From a virus: a stretch of 64,000 nt of DNA. The stretch covers positions 32,001-96,000 of the IMG/VR virus record IMGVR_UViG_3300017971_000201; one strand, written 5' to 3'. Each line of letters opens with the position of its first letter. Position 1 is the stretch's first letter. This document shows, in pieces, positions 24,514 through 33,959 of this stretch. The notes beneath the pieces are model-generated. The model saw only the letters and a program-made list of their open reading frames with translations, was not told the DNA's origin and ran no database searches. Position numbers and translations under genes: made by a program.

Positions 24514-25686
24514 CTACTCCACAGCCGCCGCCCAGATAGCGGCGCTTGTCGGCTGGGTCAGGGTACCAGCCGTCGCTGGCAGTGTCGTCCCAGCGGACGC
24601 CTCAAAGTAAAGCGGCCAGAACCCGCCAGAGCCGCTGCCGGTCGCCCTGAACGACGGCTGACTCGCATCGCAGATGAACGCGACCCAGTAGTAGCCACTC
24701 GTTGGCACGAGATAGGACGCAGTCAGCGGAACCGTGTTGGTCCCCGGCGTGTTCGTGTTCACCTGCGCCGTCTCAGCGACCTTCGTGTTCGGCGTCCCGG
24801 TTGGGCTCGTCGGGGTCGCCTGAGAGTAGAGACCAAGCCTGATGTACCTGGTCGTCGACCCGCCACCGACGACGTTGCACTTCATGTTGTTGATCGTGAT
24901 CCCGGCTGGGAGCCACACCCTGGCGTACTGGACAGTCGAGGTCGAGATCGAGCCGGCGGTCTGCACCACGCCACGACTGAACGTCGCCCATTCACCAGGC
25001 TGATCGACTGGGGACGGATTGAGCCAGTACCGGGAGAGTCTGGCGTCAGCCCGCGCCTTGGGAATCGCATTGGCTGCTGGAGTGGCAGTCGCAACTTCGT
25101 CAACGCCGTTGTGCTGGTGCGATGTCGCGTGCCCCGTCGGGGTCCTCGCGTCGCTCAGACGACTGTCGTTGCCAGCACACGATTGCTGCGCCCCAGTACC
25201 GAGGGTTCTGAGCGATCCCGTGGCGGCAGCAGCATCCACTGCCATAGCGTCTGTTCCACCAGGCTGATGGCGAGCTGCGTGCAGGGCGGCCGGAAACGTC
25301 CCTGTATTTGGCGCGAGATCGACATTCTGATCAGGCATAGCCAGCACACGCGTTGCGCCAGCGGCTACCGATCCAGCGTCCAGCCGGACGCGCTTTGTGG
25401 TAGTAACCGGATCCCGGACCAACTCGGTCGTGTCATCGACCGGGAAGGTCACGGGGGACTGAGCCGCTAGGCTCTGCTCCTTTGTCTGATCGTCCCCGTC
25501 GATGTTGAGGAGCAGGTCGTCGGCCGCTATGTACGACGCCACCTCCCGGTCGTTCTGTATTTCGGACACGCTCGCGTAGTCAGTGAGTGTGACCTGCCCA
25601 CTGGCCGGGATCTCCTGGTTCGGAACCGGGAGCTGTGTCAGCGCGAGCGCCCCAGCTGTCTGGTTCTTGCCGATGATCACACTCAT
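24514..25686 (-). CDS. tail fibre-like protein
   Basis: HAARHQPGGTD, GNDSRLSDARTPT and HATSHQHNGVDE fibre motifs; ATGA overlap. Confidence 0.7.
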   Translation of the reverse strand: MSVIIGKNQTAGALALTQLPVPNQEIPASGQVTLTDYASVSEIQNDREVASYIAADDLLLNIDGDDQTKEQSLAAQSPVTFPVDDTTELVRDPVTTTKRVRLDAGSVAAGATRVLAMPDQNVDLAPNTGTFPAALHAARHQPGGTDAMAVDAAAATGSLRTLGTGAQQSCAGNDSRLSDARTPTGHATSHQHNGVDEVATATPAANAIPKARADARLSRYWLNPSPVDQPGEWATFSRGVVQTAGSISTSTVQYARVWLPAGITINNMKCNVVGGGSTTRYIRLGLYSQATPTSPTGTPNTKVAETAQVNTNTPGTNTVPLTASYLVPTSGYYWVAFICDASQPSFRATGSGSGGFWPLYFEASAGTTLPATAGTLTQPTSAAIWAAAVE

Positions 25687-26525
25687 GCGCGCCACCTCAC
25701 CCGGACCCAGCCGTGTCCGTTAGTGGTCGTGTTGCCTCCGGCCTTGTTCCGCACGGCCAGAACTACGCCTTGATTGAAGTTCGAGTTCAGATTGCTGACA
25801 TGACCCGATAAGGCAGTCGAAATCAGCTCCGCACCCGTTGCCGCACCTCCGGCGACGACTTCGAAAGTCGCGCTGTCGGTATCCGCCCTGGTATAGCCCA
25901 GCGCGACGACGGTCCCGTTGAAGTAGGCCGGAAAGCCGTCTGTAGCGGAGAACGCCAATCCGTCGATTCCACGGTAGTAAGCGCCTGGCCCGACGTTGCC
26001 GTTTCTTCCGAAGTAGATGAGCCCTTCGACAGCGGACAGCCACTTCGCGCGAGTCGCGTCGTAGCGCATCTCCATGTCGAGAACCGTGTTGTAGTACTTC
26101 GCTCCGTTCGGCGGAGTACCGATACCGGTCGGGTCGGCCGTGAGCGCGCCGTAGTCTGGACGCGTGTCGTTGTCGGCCTTCTGCCAGACTGTTCCGTTGA
26201 AGATGGCCCAATCCCCGACGGTCCAGTTGTTGATCCCGTCTAGGTTCGTGGACCCGGCTACCGAGACGATGTAGTAGTCGCCCTGCGTGCCGACACCCGA
26301 CGCCAGAGCCGGCATGTTCGTGGCCGCATCCCATGTACCCTTGAAGACGATGCCGGACCATGAGGGCTGACCGACGGTCCATCCGCCGAGTCCGTTGCCC
26401 TTGATCACGTCGTCCAGGTTCGGGGCGTATCCGATCTCGGTGAACGGGTCGATCAGGATACCTGACGGGCTGGCCGGATCGACCGGCGTCCCGAAGACGC
26501 CTCCGGGCTTGTTGAGGGCGCTCAT
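25683..26525 (-). CDS. tail fibre-associated protein
   Basis: FKGTWDAATN.P...GDYYIVSVAG...W.VGDWAIFNGTVWQK module typical of phage fibres. Confidence 0.7.
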   Translation of the reverse strand: MSALNKPGGVFGTPVDPASPSGILIDPFTEIGYAPNLDDVIKGNGLGGWTVGQPSWSGIVFKGTWDAATNMPALASGVGTQGDYYIVSVAGSTNLDGINNWTVGDWAIFNGTVWQKADNDTRPDYGALTADPTGIGTPPNGAKYYNTVLDMEMRYDATRAKWLSAVEGLIYFGRNGNVGPGAYYRGIDGLAFSATDGFPAYFNGTVVALGYTRADTDSATFEVVAGGAATGAELISTALSGHVSNLNSNFNQGVVLAVRNKAGGNTTTNGHGWVRVRWRA

Positions 26526-27058
26526 GCGAAGTTGACTCCCAGCTCGTACAGAAACCAGCGCCCAACCAAGGTATCCGAGGCCGAGGCCGGGTTTCTGCTC
26601 AGGAGGAACTGAGCAGAATCGCCGGGGCTCAGGCTGAGCGCGGCCAGCGTTGTCGAGAACGACCAGCTCTGGGCCAGGTCGTTTGGAACATCGAGAAGAC
26701 CGAGGGCGCTCGGCCCGGCCCACGCGCCGGCTCCGACCCTCGCGTGCAGGCGCAGGACCACCTGGCCGCCGACCGCCGGGCTGTCCCCAGCTCGTCCCGG
26801 CATACGGAACACCGCTGTCGTCACTCCGGCCGGAATCTTGAGGCTCAGGCCGACACCGGACTCCCCGGAATCCGCGTAGGCGCGACCCAGCCCGGTGACC
26901 GAGTACGTGTCCGACACCACCGGAGCGGTGGCCGTGATCGGCCAGCTCCCCTCCGGTACCTGGAGCATGTCGGCGACGAAGATGCGCTCATTGCCCCATA
27001 CGCCCTGAAGGGGTCCGACCGTGAAACCACCGGGTCCTCGTTTTCCGAAGCCGCTCAC
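26522..27058 (-). CDS. hypothetical virion protein
   Basis: Coupled ORF within the operon. Confidence 0.6.
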   Translation of the reverse strand: MSGFGKRGPGGFTVGPLQGVWGNERIFVADMLQVPEGSWPITATAPVVSDTYSVTGLGRAYADSGESGVGLSLKIPAGVTTAVFRMPGRAGDSPAVGGQVVLRLHARVGAGAWAGPSALGLLDVPNDLAQSWSFSTTLAALSLSPGDSAQFLLSRNPASASDTLVGRWFLYELGVNFA

Positions 27059-27067
27059 TGGCTACCT

Positions 27068-27385
27068 CTACCAGGCCCAGAAACGGAAGGCCGCCCCGGG
27101 AGTGCCCTTCAGCCAGATCGCCTTGAGGCGCCTGAAGTCCTGGGTCAAGACCTCGCCGGTCTTGATGCGACCGTGGTCTGCGCCGCCGCCAGGATCGGCG
27201 GCGATTCGGAAGTAGATGTCGGATCCGGCGTCGTTCGCCAGCATGATCGAGTGGCTCGTGAACGGGTTGGACGTGTCGAGATCCTCGAACACCAGCTCGT
27301 TGTCGGCGTAGGCGCCAGCGCCCTGGATCGTGGTGTCCACGAAGTAGTTGTAGGAGCGAATGCTCGTCTCGCCTGTGCCTGCCAT
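27068..27385 (-). CDS. hypothetical virion protein
   Basis: Small beta-rich ORF within the operon. Confidence 0.6.
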   Translation of the reverse strand: MAGTGETSIRSYNYFVDTTIQGAGAYADNELVFEDLDTSNPFTSHSIMLANDAGSDIYFRIAADPGGGADHGRIKTGEVLTQDFRRLKAIWLKGTPGAAFRFWAW

Positions 27386-27400
27386 CACGCCCCCCGGGAG

Positions 27401-28147
27401 CTATTGCCCCAGCACCCTGTCGACGGTGCCTCTGTACCTGTAGTTGCGGCCGTCCTGCTCGAACGGCGTCCGGCCAATGTACTTGATCGACGACTGGCCC
27501 TTCCCCGCCGAGGAGTGCTGCACGATCTCATCGAAGGTGCATGAGACCTGGACCATGCGCGGATGGCCGTTCGGGAACCAGGACTCGTAGGTGATCGGCG
27601 CGCTCCGCAGGACCACCAGGATCGCGTCGTCGGTGCCGCCCAGCAGAGAGCCCTCGAGCACGAGCCAGAGCTTCTTGGGCGGGCTGGCTAACGAGTTGAG
27701 CCCGCTCGCCTGTGTGCCGTAGTCCGCCATCATGAACGAGCGCAGCCGCGAGAGCGCAGCTCGGATGTCCACCGTGTAGCGGTCCGATGGCATTAGCCCG
27801 ACGGCGGCCAAGTTCTGATTGATGTTGGCCTGACGGCTCAGGCCACCGCGCTCCTCTCCCATGTCCAGCTCAGCTGTGAACTGCGCCGTGAAAGTGATCT
27901 GCCGGCCGCTGCCGCCGATCCACTGAAGCAGCGGATGGCTCGCGCCCGGAACCTGCTTCTGCGCGTACTCGACGTTGTAGCTGTCGTCCAGAGACTCGGG
28001 CCAGTACTGGAAGACGAAGATCTCGTCGCCCGCACCGGCCGCGCCTGCCTTCTTGCTGCTCACCATCTCCGGGAACATGTAGGCCGCGCGCGGTGTCCGG
28101 TCACGGAAGATGCTCTGCGACTGGCTCAGACCCAGGTTGATCGACAT
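27401..28147 (-). CDS. tube-initiator / CIS-tube-like baseplate protein
   Basis: FQYWPESL...Y....VPGASHPLLQW.GG.GR.ITF, PPKK and P.MVQVSCTFDE motifs (gpU/Afp7-like). Confidence 0.7.
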   Translation of the reverse strand: MSINLGLSQSQSIFRDRTPRAAYMFPEMVSSKKAGAAGAGDEIFVFQYWPESLDDSYNVEYAQKQVPGASHPLLQWIGGSGRQITFTAQFTAELDMGEERGGLSRQANINQNLAAVGLMPSDRYTVDIRAALSRLRSFMMADYGTQASGLNSLASPPKKLWLVLEGSLLGGTDDAILVVLRSAPITYESWFPNGHPRMVQVSCTFDEIVQHSSAGKGQSSIKYIGRTPFEQDGRNYRYRGTVDRVLGQ

Positions 28148-28269
28148 AAGCCGAAGCTCCGTGTCCCATTATGCGGCCAGGGGCGGGAGAGCACCAGGAC
28201 GCACCCAAACAGCGAGGGACGACCCGGTACCCTGCGAGCCGCCCCAAGCTGTCCCAGATGGGATGTGTG

Positions 28270-28638
28270 CTACTCGGCCGCGCCGCCGGTCTCGGGGTCT
28301 CGAGCCAGGTCACCCAGCTTCGTGACCGCGTTGTTGATCTTGTACTCGCCCTTCGTGGCCTTCACGATCATCGGGATCATGAAGCGGACGCCCTTCTTGA
28401 GGATCGGGTCGACGAGGCTGTCCGGCAGCCACGGGATGTCGGTCTCGTCGATGACGTGGTCGAGGATCTTCTCGGCCGCCGCCGACTTCTCGGGGCCGGT
28501 CATGCCCCGCACTTCTTCGACGATCTCCATGACCTTCGGGACGATCTCGAAGATGTCCGTCCACTGCCAGCCGTCCTCGAACAGCTCGAGGACGTCCGCC
28601 GCGTGCTTCTGCACCTGCTCGATGGTGAACTCTGCCAT
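28270..28638 (-). CDS. hypothetical helical protein (possible lysis/membrane module)
   Basis: AAGGA before ATG 28638; M..VE....MTGPEKS motif. Confidence 0.6.
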   Translation of the reverse strand: MAEFTIEQVQKHAADVLELFEDGWQWTDIFEIVPKVMEIVEEVRGMTGPEKSAAAEKILDHVIDETDIPWLPDSLVDPILKKGVRFMIPMIVKATKGEYKINNAVTKLGDLARDPETGGAAE

Positions 28639-28657
28639 GATCCTGTCCTTGAGCCCG

Positions 28658-29182
28658 TCAGCTCTCAGAGGGTCCGTCGTCGTCGTCTCCGACGGCGCTG
28701 TCGAGAAAGGAGCCAGCTGCGCTGGCAAGACTCCCTCCTATGGCGCCCGCCGCGCCACCTGTGAGGGCATTGATCGCACCGGACACGAGCCCGGCCGTGA
28801 CGCCCTTGATGATGCTCATCGCGATGTCGCCGAGCGTGTCGAGGACGAGGTGCACGGTCTCCATCAGGAAGCTCGCGGCCTTCGCGTCCGCGACGACCTT
28901 CGATCCCAGGCCCAGCGTCTCCATCGCGCGGACCTTGGACTCGTAGACCTGTGCCCACTGACGGGCCAGGTTGGTGTCTGTCTGCATGAGGCACTTGATC
29001 TTGGCGTCGGCCGCGTCCTTGAACAGCTCCTCGAGCTTGTCCTTGTGGGACGACTCGACGAACTCACCGAACTTCGTCATGAAGTTCCCGCGAATCCGCT
29101 CGGCCGCCTCGACGAGCTTCGGCTCGGCGATGGCGATGATCTGCTCGTTCAGATCAGGGGTCGGCGCTGACTCGCCGCTCAC
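28658..29182 (-). CDS. hypothetical protein with hydrophobic Gly/Ala C-terminus
   Basis: GTGA overlap; amphipathic helices. Confidence 0.6.
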   Translation of the reverse strand: MSGESAPTPDLNEQIIAIAEPKLVEAAERIRGNFMTKFGEFVESSHKDKLEELFKDAADAKIKCLMQTDTNLARQWAQVYESKVRAMETLGLGSKVVADAKAASFLMETVHLVLDTLGDIAMSIIKGVTAGLVSGAINALTGGAAGAIGGSLASAAGSFLDSAVGDDDDGPSES

Positions 29183-29496
29183 TGGTCACCTCCGCCGTCG
29201 TCCGTCTTCTTCTCCTCGACGGCTCCCGTCAGGCAGTCGTCGCAGAGGGAGATCGTGGCGTCCACGACGTCCAGCCGGCCCTCCTTCAGCTCGGGGATGA
29301 TCGCCTCGGCTTCGACGGCCGCATCGAGCGCCTCCTCGTAGCCCGGCCGGATGTCCTTCTCCAGGTTGTCCTTGATCTTCTCGATCGACGCCACGTAGCT
29401 GTCGATGCTCACCTTCGTCACGGGGTGACGGTTGCACGCGCAGGCGCTCAGGAACAGAACGCCCACCATCACCGTCGCAGCGAGAACGCGTCTCAC
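29179..29496 (-). CDS. predicted lipoprotein
   Basis: RR + hydrophobic core + lipobox LSAC; RBS GGAGGAGG. Confidence 0.7.
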   Translation of the reverse strand: MRRVLAATVMVGVLFLSACACNRHPVTKVSIDSYVASIEKIKDNLEKDIRPGYEEALDAAVEAEAIIPELKEGRLDVVDATISLCDDCLTGAVEEKKTDDGGGDQ

Positions 29497-29539
29497 GTCT
29501 TCCTCCTCCCACAGCGGGCCGATTGTTGGGCCACGCGGC

Positions 29540-30142
29540 TTACGACACCGCCCAGCCGAGAACCTTGAAACGGATACCACGCGCCAGAGAGCCGGCGGCC
29601 GTGACGATTCCCAGAGCGCCTTGAGCTGGCACGATCAGAGTCTTCGTCGGGGTCTGGCCGTCTGTGAAGACCATCTCCCACTCGGGCTCTGGCGCGACCC
29701 ACGTAGCTGTACCCTGAAAGCAGATGACCTTGGTGCCATCCGGGATACCAGGCGCCGCGATCATGTACTCCAACTCCGTGCCCGGCGGTCTCGAGAGCAC
29801 CTGGTCGGCCTCGATCGGCTCGCCGTTGATGTAGTGCGTCGTCATCGGCTTGTCGACCAGCTCGCCGTCCACCACCATGCTCGCGCCGTAGACCACGCTA
29901 ACGTGGCTGTCGCACTGTCCCATCTCCGGCGGGCACGGACAGTCGTAGAGAACGTAGCCGACGATGTCTGGCCGACTAACGGCACGGCTCTTCCGCAGCG
30001 ACGTGGAGAGGCTGTTCTTGCAGTCTGGGTTGGAGAGACCGGGGCAACCTGGCGAGCAGTCACAGATCGGCCAGCCGCCAGGATTGTAAGTCTCCATGGA
30101 AGTCAGAGCACCGTCCGACAGGTATCCGAAGAAGTGCCTCAT
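29540..30142 (-). CDS. Cys-rich protein, possible tail-fibre assembly factor
   Basis: ATGA overlap with the fibre gene; CDCSPGC and DCPC clusters. Confidence 0.55.
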   Translation of the reverse strand: MRHFFGYLSDGALTSMETYNPGGWPICDCSPGCPGLSNPDCKNSLSTSLRKSRAVSRPDIVGYVLYDCPCPPEMGQCDSHVSVVYGASMVVDGELVDKPMTTHYINGEPIEADQVLSRPPGTELEYMIAAPGIPDGTKVICFQGTATWVAPEPEWEMVFTDGQTPTKTLIVPAQGALGIVTAAGSLARGIRFKVLGWAVS

Positions 30143-31983
30143 TCGCAGGCCCCCAACCACAGTTTGAAGTAGAGATTGCTGGCGGAGCCGATCAGCTGCC
30201 CGTCGATCCTGCCAGTACTAGATCCGACGCCGCTGAGATGGTCGATCCTGATCTCCCTACCGGGCTGCATTCCGCGTAGCCCCGCCAAACCGCCCCATAC
30301 GTGACGGATGGTGGAGATCGCCGGGGACACGAGACTGAAGTCGACCGTGTAGGACTTGGAGATCGTAGGCCCGGGGCCGACCCAGACGGAGTCCTTCTCG
30401 AATTCGTTGCAGGCTGTGAACCCGAGCCCGGCGTCCCCCTTCGGCCCGGTCGGGCCTGGGTTCGAGTCGGCGCCGCTCGGCCCCTTGGCGCCGAGCACAG
30501 AGACCTCGGCCACGCCCAGACCAGAGTCCGACGCCCCTCCGTAGACGAAGTTGAGCGTATGGAAGTCGTTACCGATCGATGTCCCATTGTTCTCCACCGA
30601 ACGGAGGGACCCGACCTTGCCGCCTGGAGCTGCGAGCAGCGCCTTGCCGGGGGTAGTCTCGGTCGCATCAGGGACAGGTGGCAGCTCGCCATTTCGCTTG
30701 AGGAACAGCCACCCATCGAAGATCGACTTGTCGGCGCGATAGAAGGCCGGAAAGAGGAACCTGATCGTACTATCGGCTGGCATCGAGTAGGCGCCGCCGG
30801 CGACCGTGAAGAAGGCCAGATTGAACCGGCGGTAGGGCGGATTGAGGACCGGAACAGCCGGCCCGCCCGGCGTGCCCCCCTGAAAGGCGGCCCCCAGGGT
30901 AGCGTTGTTCGCGTCGGCGATCTCAGCGACCTCGTACCATCTGTCGTCACCAGGCGGGCTCGTCGCCTTCACCAGGTCGCCCTCCTGGATGGAGGCGAAT
31001 GGGCTCCCAGTACCATCGACGGTCGTCGTGCCGTTGTAGAAGTTGATCGTGCCGGAGACGGCCCCAGAGGAGAACGAGAGCTTTCCGTACACCGGCTCTT
31101 GGGTAGTCGGGCTAACGACCCGCTGTCCGGTCGCGCCGTCCACGACGAAGCACAGGTTCCGTAGTGTGTCGGTGGGATCGGTGAGCGCCCCCTCGACCGA
31201 CTCCGTCCCTCCGGGCTCGATGTCGAGCAGCGGCGCCAGCTCGCGATTCGTGGCTGCGAACGAGCCGGACACGTTCGTCGAGGTCCCGACCACGCCGGCC
31301 ACGAGATTCCCGACAATGAGACTGAGCCGGTAGCCGAGCCGGTCGGCCATCGACGAGCCGATCAGGTCAGCCTCGATACGATCGGCCAGGCTCGCGTGGG
31401 GCGCGGGCGTCGTGTGTGTCGACAGCCGCGCATCCGTCACCTCGGCCCTCGTCGAGTTGCCGATCTCCAGGTCGGTGATCGCATCATCAGGCATGAACCC
31501 GGCCACCTGGCCTTCGAAGGCGATCGGAGGTTGGCGCGTGTCCGGGAAGTCGTAGGTGACCACGAGGTCGTCGCCGACCTTGTCCACCTTGCAGATCAGA
31601 ACCTCTTGCGGGCCGGAGGCGGTTGTAGATCTCGTCAGGATCTTGGCCTGAGTCGCGATCTTGTCCCGATAATCCGCTCGGGCGATCACGTAGACCGGGA
31701 ACGCGGTGTGGCCGTTGAAGTTCAGGTCCACGTCAGCTGCCGTGAACAGGTCGACGTTCATCTTCCTGGTTTGAGAGCCGACCGACAGCTTGGAGAAGTT
31801 GTGATTCGGGTCGACCGCCAGCACCAGGATGTCGGACCCGGGCGTCGTCTGGGGGATGAATCCCAGGTACACGCCGCGCGGCAGGGCGAGAGCGCGAGCA
31901 TTGACTGCCTCGCCGACGAGCGGCTCCTGGAAGCGAGCCTTCACGAACTCTTCGGTAAAGGCGTATGTCGGGAAGCTCGTCAT
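30139..31983 (-). CDS. tail fibre protein, paralogue 3
   Basis: PRGVYLGF, SMADRLG, WYEVAEI, FHTLNF and collagen GPT repeats. Confidence 0.75.
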   Translation of the reverse strand: MTSFPTYAFTEEFVKARFQEPLVGEAVNARALALPRGVYLGFIPQTTPGSDILVLAVDPNHNFSKLSVGSQTRKMNVDLFTAADVDLNFNGHTAFPVYVIARADYRDKIATQAKILTRSTTASGPQEVLICKVDKVGDDLVVTYDFPDTRQPPIAFEGQVAGFMPDDAITDLEIGNSTRAEVTDARLSTHTTPAPHASLADRIEADLIGSSMADRLGYRLSLIVGNLVAGVVGTSTNVSGSFAATNRELAPLLDIEPGGTESVEGALTDPTDTLRNLCFVVDGATGQRVVSPTTQEPVYGKLSFSSGAVSGTINFYNGTTTVDGTGSPFASIQEGDLVKATSPPGDDRWYEVAEIADANNATLGAAFQGGTPGGPAVPVLNPPYRRFNLAFFTVAGGAYSMPADSTIRFLFPAFYRADKSIFDGWLFLKRNGELPPVPDATETTPGKALLAAPGGKVGSLRSVENNGTSIGNDFHTLNFVYGGASDSGLGVAEVSVLGAKGPSGADSNPGPTGPKGDAGLGFTACNEFEKDSVWVGPGPTISKSYTVDFSLVSPAISTIRHVWGGLAGLRGMQPGREIRIDHLSGVGSSTGRIDGQLIGSASNLYFKLWLGACE

Positions 31984-33959
31984 TACGCACCAGCCGAGGA
32001 GAGGAACAGCTTGAGCCTGGTGTCTCCGGCGATAGTGATGTCAATTTGGCCGGTGGTCGTTCCCGAGCCGGTGATGTCGATGATCTCGATCTCATCGAAA
32101 GGGGCGCTGTAGAAGTTCTGCTCGTCCCACGAGGCAAAGCCGCCGCAAAGGGCTCTGATGGTATGACCCATGCCAGCCGAGAAGCTGTGAGAGTTCAGCG
32201 GACCCGGGTTGTAGCCAGAGGACGGGTACCAACCACTCCCAGCCCACGGTGTGATCTGGGTGAAGCCATCGCCAATTGGACCTGTTGGTCCGGGAGCGCC
32301 TGTGACACCCGGGTCACCAGTCGGCCCAGTCTGGCCGATCTCGCCGACCGTCACCTCGCCATCGCCGGTCTCGACGACCTGTCCGCCGCCGTCGCGGAAG
32401 TTGACCGTGTGGAACGGGCCGCCGGCGAGAGGAGAGCCGGCATTCTGGATGTTGATCGCTCCCAGCTTCGCGCCCGCCTGAGACAAGAGGACGCGGCCCG
32501 GCTGCGTGGTAGAGGCGTCCGGCAGCGGCGGCTTGCCGCCTGGCATGTGGTGGATGAGGCGCTGATCGGCCATGCCGGTCTCAAGCGGAACGAAGGCCGG
32601 GAAAATGAACCGGATGGTTGTCGCCGCATCGGCCTCCGCATCGACCTCAACGCCGAGGATCTTCTTCAGCTCCAGTGTCCAGCGACGCGATGTCAGGCCG
32701 CCCGACGAGGCGTTCGGCCCCTGGTACTCGTCGGCCAGCTCGATCAGCTCGTCCGAGAAGATCGTCGCGATCTCGTAGTAGAGCCCATCGGCTCCGAGTA
32801 TCGTGTCGCCCTCCTCCAGCTCGCCCTGCGCCTGACCGCCGGCGATCGTGACGGTCTTCTGTGCGTTCGAGAAGGTGTAAACACCGGTGAGCGTTGCCTC
32901 TACAGGACCGGTCACACGACCGAAGATGACACGCCTGGTGTCGATTCCATCGAGTAGCCGATAGCCGGTCGTGGCGTCCAGCACGATCGAGATGTTGCGC
33001 ACGTCGTCGTTGGGCGACGAGATGGCCCCGCGCGCGCCCTCGGCTCCCTGCCCGTCGAGGGTGATCTCGGGCTTGTGATCCCGGTTGACCTCCGAGAACG
33101 AGCCGGAGACGTTGACCGACGTGTCGCCGGCCTCGATCAGGTAGTCGTTGCTTCGCAGCACCACCAGGACGAAGCCGAGCCTGCCGCCCATCGATGGAGC
33201 GCTCTGGTCGGCCTCGAGCCGCTCGGAGAGCGTGTCGTAGACGGTGGAGTCCAGCCCGATCCGAGCTGCGGCCATCTCGTTGACGATCTCGACAGCGGTC
33301 TCAAGATCTTCGACTGAGCCGGCGGGCATGAAGCCGAATTCGACGCCGTCGTAGGCCAGCGGCGCGTCCCGCAGCATGTCCAAAGGGTGCGTGTGGCCGG
33401 ACGCCGTCTGTACGACGCCGGCCACGACCGTGTGGAAGTGGCCATCATCGGTAGAGGAGGTACCGTTGAGACTGGCGTCCAACTCGACCGTGTGGGTGTG
33501 GCCGAAGCGCAACACGAGCCTGTAGGAGATCGTCATCGCCCCGGCGTTTCCGGTCACGACACAGATCAGCGTCTCGTCGAAGGCCACCGGTCCAGCTGAC
33601 CTGGTGATGATCTCGGCCGATGTCTGCGCTGACCCGTCGGCTGTGTACGAAGCTCGGGCGATCACGTGGATCGGGAAGTCACCGGGGGGCTGTCCGGTGA
33701 AGTCCAGGGAGACGTTCGAGTCCAGCGCGACGGTCAAGTTGCCAGGGTCGTCTTGTGAGGCCGTCTTGAGGAGTGAGAACCCCTCGGCAGGGTCGGTCAC
33801 CAGGTTGAGCACCGGCGAGGCCACGGTCGGCGTGAAGCCGACGTAGACGCCCTTCGGCATCCCGCCGAACTTCTGGACCAGAGGGGCCGACTGCCACTGG
33901 TCGGAGTAACCGAGCAGTGCGTTGCCCAGGGTGAAGTACTCGACGGGGTAGATGGCCAT
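31983..33959 (-). CDS. tail fibre protein, paralogue 2 (His-rich insert)
   Basis: PKGVYVGF, SMGGRLG, YYEIATI, FHTVNF and collagen repeats. Confidence 0.75.
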   Translation of the reverse strand: MAIYPVEYFTLGNALLGYSDQWQSAPLVQKFGGMPKGVYVGFTPTVASPVLNLVTDPAEGFSLLKTASQDDPGNLTVALDSNVSLDFTGQPPGDFPIHVIARASYTADGSAQTSAEIITRSAGPVAFDETLICVVTGNAGAMTISYRLVLRFGHTHTVELDASLNGTSSTDDGHFHTVVAGVVQTASGHTHPLDMLRDAPLAYDGVEFGFMPAGSVEDLETAVEIVNEMAAARIGLDSTVYDTLSERLEADQSAPSMGGRLGFVLVVLRSNDYLIEAGDTSVNVSGSFSEVNRDHKPEITLDGQGAEGARGAISSPNDDVRNISIVLDATTGYRLLDGIDTRRVIFGRVTGPVEATLTGVYTFSNAQKTVTIAGGQAQGELEEGDTILGADGLYYEIATIFSDELIELADEYQGPNASSGGLTSRRWTLELKKILGVEVDAEADAATTIRFIFPAFVPLETGMADQRLIHHMPGGKPPLPDASTTQPGRVLLSQAGAKLGAINIQNAGSPLAGGPFHTVNFRDGGGQVVETGDGEVTVGEIGQTGPTGDPGVTGAPGPTGPIGDGFTQITPWAGSGWYPSSGYNPGPLNSHSFSAGMGHTIRALCGGFASWDEQNFYSAPFDEIEIIDITGSGTTTGQIDITIAGDTRLKLFLSSAGA

